Positions 59,349 through 64,000 of a DNA stretch of 64,000 nt are shown piece after piece. Where the stretch lies: assembly GCF_009914755.1 (NCBI RefSeq), contig NC_060926.1. One strand, written 5' to 3'. Numbering within the stretch: the stretch's first letter is position 1; every line of letters begins with the position of its first letter. Position numbers and translations under genes: made by a program. The stretch comes from the human T2T-CHM13v2.0 reference genome, Homo sapiens. The notes below the pieces were generated by a model. That model was given only the letters and a program-made list of their open reading frames with translations, was not told where the DNA came from and ran no database searches.

Positions 59349-59872
59349 TAAAGTAAGTACCAGCTGGTGATGGAAGGGTGCGCTTTGAGAGATGTTGAGC
59401 CTCCCAGCCCTGGGCTTGTCCAAGTAGAGATCAGATGGCTGCCGGTCATGATGCATTGGAAAGCATTCTTGCATGGGATAGAATGCAGACTAACTCTGTG
59501 GGACTTTCCGCCTCTAAGAGGGGGGGTTCAAGATTCTAGACTCCTAGGAGGGATTTGGGTGCCTAACAAAGAGGAGGGGGTTCCCTCTGCCATCACTAGA
59601 TGGGTACCCTATGTAGTCTTTGGATTATTCTCAAGTATTGTAGCTGGTAAACTTTCTAATTGGTTCTAATGCATCAACATTTTCTTGGCGATTGAGTGAT
59701 GATAATAACATCCCGCTTATAGAACTTTCTAGGTAAGGAACACTGTTCTAGGTGACTTCCATGTAATGACTCACTTAATCTCCTCAGCACCCCTATGAGA
59801 TAGGTGTTATTACTGTCATTACATCTTAGAGATGGGGAAACTGAGGCAAAGGTAAGTTAAGTAATTGCGAAA

Positions 59873-59998
59873 TTATATATGTATATATATTTATACATGC
59901 ATAAATATATATGTATATGTGTATATATACTTATCTATGTATATGTGTATATATATACTTGTATATATATATTTATACATATATATGTGTTTATATAA
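59873..59998. repeat. (TA)n-rich low-complexity repeat
   Basis: Direct reading. Confidence 0.9.
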
Positions 59999-60059
59999 AT
60001 CAAAATCTGTTTTATTTGGGCACATGTGTGGCTGTTATAGCTTCCTCATACAGTCTTTG

Positions 60060-60367
60060 TGTTTTTTGTTTTTTGTTTTTTTTTTTTTGAGACAGAGTCT
60101 CGCTCTGTTGCCCAGGCTGGAGTGCAGTGGCGCGATCTTGGCTCACTGCAAGCTCTGCCTCCTGGATTCATGCCATTCTCCTGCTTCAGCCTACCAAGTA
60201 GCTGGGAATACAGGTACCCCCCACCACGCCCGGCTATTTTTTTGTATTTTTAGTAGAGACGGGGTTTCATCGTGTTAGCCAGGATGGTCTCGATCTCCTG
60301 ACCTTGTGATTCGCCCACCTCGGCCTCCCAAAGTGCTGGGATTACAGGCGTGAGCCACCACACCGGA
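60060..60367 (-). mobile_element. AluY-type SINE
   Basis: cactgcaagctc, gccattctcctg, gtgttagccaggatggtctcgatctcc diagnostics. Confidence 0.92.
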
Positions 60368-60786
60368 CAGTCTGTCTTTTATTATATGTAGTGATAAAAG
60401 AGGAAGGATTCTTTATCCTACTTAATACATTAACTTTAAATCCCGTATGGTCTGATATTAATATTGCCATTCCAACTTTCTTTTTGTTTGCATTGCCTGA
60501 TTCCTCTTTGTCCACTACTTTATTTTAAACCTTTATTACTTTGTTAAAGATGCAATTTGTGTAAAGATCATGTAACTAGGTTTTGTTTTTAATTCAATTT
60601 TCCTATTCTTGCTTACTCCTTAGTGGGAGGATTTAGATCATTCTAATTTATAGAAATAATTTATGTGGTTGACTTTTTTGTTTCCATTTTTCTTTTCGAT
60701 GTTTATGATGATATATTTTACATTCCTATTTCTTCCTTTTCCTCTTCCACATTTGCCTTTTTTGAGCATTTGAAAATTTATTCTGA

Positions 60787-61147
<361 letters not shown>

Positions 61148-61387
61148 GCCTATTACTTCTTTCTTATTTGAAAACAAAATATTGAACATTTCCCTCAGCA
61201 AGCCACACTGTGTCCCACTCCAAGATGTTCACTGCTCCCACTTCCTCTCTACCTAATGGGATGAGATCTTTAGGATACGTTTGCCTCCCTATTCCTTTCC
61301 CTTCTTCCCTCTCCTTTTCCATTTATTTACCTTGAGGGCTTTCAAAGGTTTTTCTTTGTTCCCTATCCAGTCCTTTTCCAACTTAGG

Positions 61388-61723
61388 TTTTTTGTTGTTG
61401 TTGTTGTTGTTGTTTTGTTTTGTTTTGTTTTGTTTTGTTTCAGATGGAGTCTCGCTCTGTCACCCATGCTGGAGTGCAATGGCACAATCTCGGTTGACTG
61501 CAACCTCTGCCTCTTGGGTTCACACCATTCTCCTGCCCCAGCCTCCCAAGTAGCAGGGACTACAGATGCTTGCCACCACGCCAGACTAATTTTTGTATTT
61601 TTAGTAAAGACGGGGTTTCAGCATGTTGGCCAGGCTCATCTCGAACTCCTGACCAAAGGTGATCCATCTGCCTCGGCCTCCCAAAGCGCTGGGATTACAG
61701 GTGTGAGCCACTGTGCTTGGCCG
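61388..61723 (-). mobile_element. AluS-type SINE with (TTG)n/(TTTTG)n tail
   Basis: Antisense Alu body. Confidence 0.92.
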
Positions 61724-62099
61724 AACTTATGGGTTTTGTAGAGATAGTTAATAGAATTTAGCCTCAAAATGTCTATTCTGTATGACAAGTCTTTATAGGG
61801 CATGTAAGTTACACATCTCAGGCAGTTTATCCATTTGAATTTAAGTTCTTCTTTTCTCTCCTATTAATCTAATTATCTATCTCCATCTGTCTCTCCATCC
61901 ATTATACCTCCACCCTCCTCTAGCCTTCCACAGAGTTGATTGGTCACTATAATTTGCTCTCCTCCTCATCTTCCCCTCTTTTGGGGACTCTCTTCCAGTT
62001 CACAAGCTCCTTGGTTAAAGTCCTTTGTCAGACAAGTTATGTGGATGACAGTTTTCTCTGTTCTCTGTTCAACAATCACCTCCTTTCCTGCCCATGTAC

Positions 62100-62318
62100 C
62101 TTCAACCTCAGTCCCCTTTTCTGCTTTACTTTTCTTCATGCACTTAGCACTTCCTGACATTCTTTATGTGTTTACTATTTACCGGTTAATTTTTTGCCTT
62201 CCCCACTAGATGTGAAACTCCTCAAGGGCAGATACTCTATTTTATTGACCTTTATATCTTCAGTGCCTGGGACAATGCCTGGCCCATGGTTGCTGCTCAA
62301 TAAATAGCTGTTGAAAAA
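62100..62318 (+). mobile_element. L2 LINE 3' end
   Basis: ccccactagatgtgaaactcctcaagggcag...cagtgcctgggacaatgcctggc...gctcaataaatagctgttgaa. Confidence 0.75.
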
Positions 62319-62740
62319 ATTACATTTTGTATACTTCAAACATCATTCTGCCTTTTGCCCTGACACATGGGCGACATCTTAGCTGAGAATAAGGTTTTTG
62401 AGGTGCAGTCCTTTCCTTGTGGCACATTCCTCCACTGTCTTCTGGTTTCCCAGGCTGCACAGAGGAAGTCTGTTGCCAGCTCATCTCTCTGATATTTTGT
62501 GCACACCCCAATTTATGCAATATTATACTCGCATATTTTTGTTTCTACAGCAATCTCCTATGTCTGTCTTTGAGCCCTTGGCACAATGTCTCATGCATCG
62601 TAGGAGTCCCTAAGGTGTTTGTTGTATAAACAACTGGCTGAATGAATCCATGGATGAATGGATGAACACAGGAAGAAAGGGAGGACTTAAAGAGTATATT
62701 ATTGAACGCTTGGCATGTCAACCACAGAGATGGTCTAGAC

Positions 62741-62926
62741 CAGTAGTTTTCAAAGCGGAGCCTAGATCAACAGTGGCAGCCCCACTTGAAAACTTGTTAG
62801 AGATGAAAATTTTGGGGCACCACCCAGACCTACTAAATCAGAAACTCTGGAGGTGGAGCCCAGGAATTTGTGTTTTAACAAGCCCTGCAGGTGATTCTGA
62901 TGCAGTTTCCAGTTTGAGAACCACTG
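62741..62926. mobile_element. MER5A hAT-Charlie DNA transposon
   Basis: TIRs cagtagttttcaaa / tttgagaaccactg; ccagacctactaaatcagaaactctgg; ..tagac flanks. Confidence 0.88.
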
Positions 62927-63692
62927 CTGTAGACCATCTGCATTTTCTGTATGGGAATCCTGAGGCTGGGAGCAGGAAGTGACTCATGTATTCTGTGAGT
63001 GTCCAGGTCTCCGTACTTTCAGGCCTGTACTCTTGCCACTCAGCCACGCTGCCTCACCTGATCTTGCTATGTTTTTTGTAATTAAAACCAACCACGTATT
63101 TGTCAAAACATTTCAAAGCACTGGGATTGAATCTCCACTCTTACAAAGTTTCCGATTTCATTGGGGTGTTTTCAGGATTAAAAATGTGAGTTAGAGTTGT
63201 TTCTATAAGGCTTTGAGCGGTGGAAAAGTGCCAGGCGATTGCATTACTTTTCAGAGGAGGCTTCTCAGGCTGGGGCTGTAACGTTATAGCCCAATGTTAT
63301 GGCTCATGCCCTCCTCTCTGCTCAGTGCCTTAATGCATGTCATACATGATCCAGTTTCCTCCTGTTGGTAGGAGCAAATGTGTAAATGGCAGTCAATGCT
63401 AGCCCAGGAGGGAGATGAGGAACTCTGACTTGATCAAGCACTCATGATCATTGCCTTTTTCTCACTAATTTCTTCATTTGTCACCAAGTGTCTTTTTAAT
63501 GTATTTTGTACATTCCTTTCCAGTCTTTTTTATATGCAAATTTTTTATTAGTTTGTCTTTATATTTTGGGCAGCCATGCTCATTATAATATCAAAGATTG
63601 CTTCCTTTCCTCAGTACACCTAGCACAGGCCCTTCCTCAGCTACTACTATAGAGCCCTTACCCATCTATTTTTTTTTTTCTAATATACTTTC

Positions 63693-63942
63693 AGCCAGGC
63701 TCAGTGACTCATGCCTGTAATCCCAGCACTTTGGGAGGCTGAGACAGGCGGAGCACTTGAGGCCAGGAGTTTAAGACCAGCCTGACCAGCACACCTGTAA
63801 TCCCAGGTACTTGGGATTGAGGTTGAGGCACAAGAATCACTTGAACCTGGGAGGTGGAGGTTGCAGTGAGCCAAGATCGTGCCACTGCACTCCAGCCTGG
63901 GCGACAGAACAAGACCCTGTCTCAAATAAATAAATAAATAAA
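63693..63942 (+). mobile_element. Alu with internal deletion of the linker
   Basis: Left arm jumps from cctgaccagc to acacctgtaatccc; (AAAT)n tail. Confidence 0.85.
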
Positions 63943-64000
63943 CTTTCCATTTTAGAAAAGCTTTAGATTTATGGAAAAGTTGCAAAGACAGTTCAGAGAA

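Overview
Primate (human/hominid-type) genomic DNA, not prokaryotic. The window reads as a pericentromeric/subtelomeric-type segmental-duplication mosaic. (1) 1-22 kb: Alu/L1/LTR-rich sequence with several local tandem duplications and no recognisable protein gene. (2) 22-35.6 kb: a repeat cassette made of a (CATTT/CATCT)n tract, a ~6 kb CAGGG/GGGCCA array with strand switches, REP522-like repeats split by an L1 piece, and an interstitial TAR1 subtelomeric CpG island with no adjacent (CCCTAA)n. (3) 35.6-40 kb: a GC-rich block of unknown origin. (4) 40-64 kb: a 5'-truncated copy of the 4p16 TMEM128-OTOP1 region, holding the last TMEM128 coding exon and 3'UTR exon, an HSMAR2 mariner relic, and an OTOP1 exon 1 paralog with a 9-bp deletion and an altered splice phase. 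No intact protein-coding gene is supported. The most notable observations are an in-frame splice possibility joining the TAR1 VNTR ORF to the orphan TMEM128 transmembrane exon, and a ~525-bp inverted templated insertion inside an Alu that brackets the OTOP1 promoter. Repeat subfamily names and reference-protein comparisons come from memory, not database searches, and most repeat boundaries are approximate.
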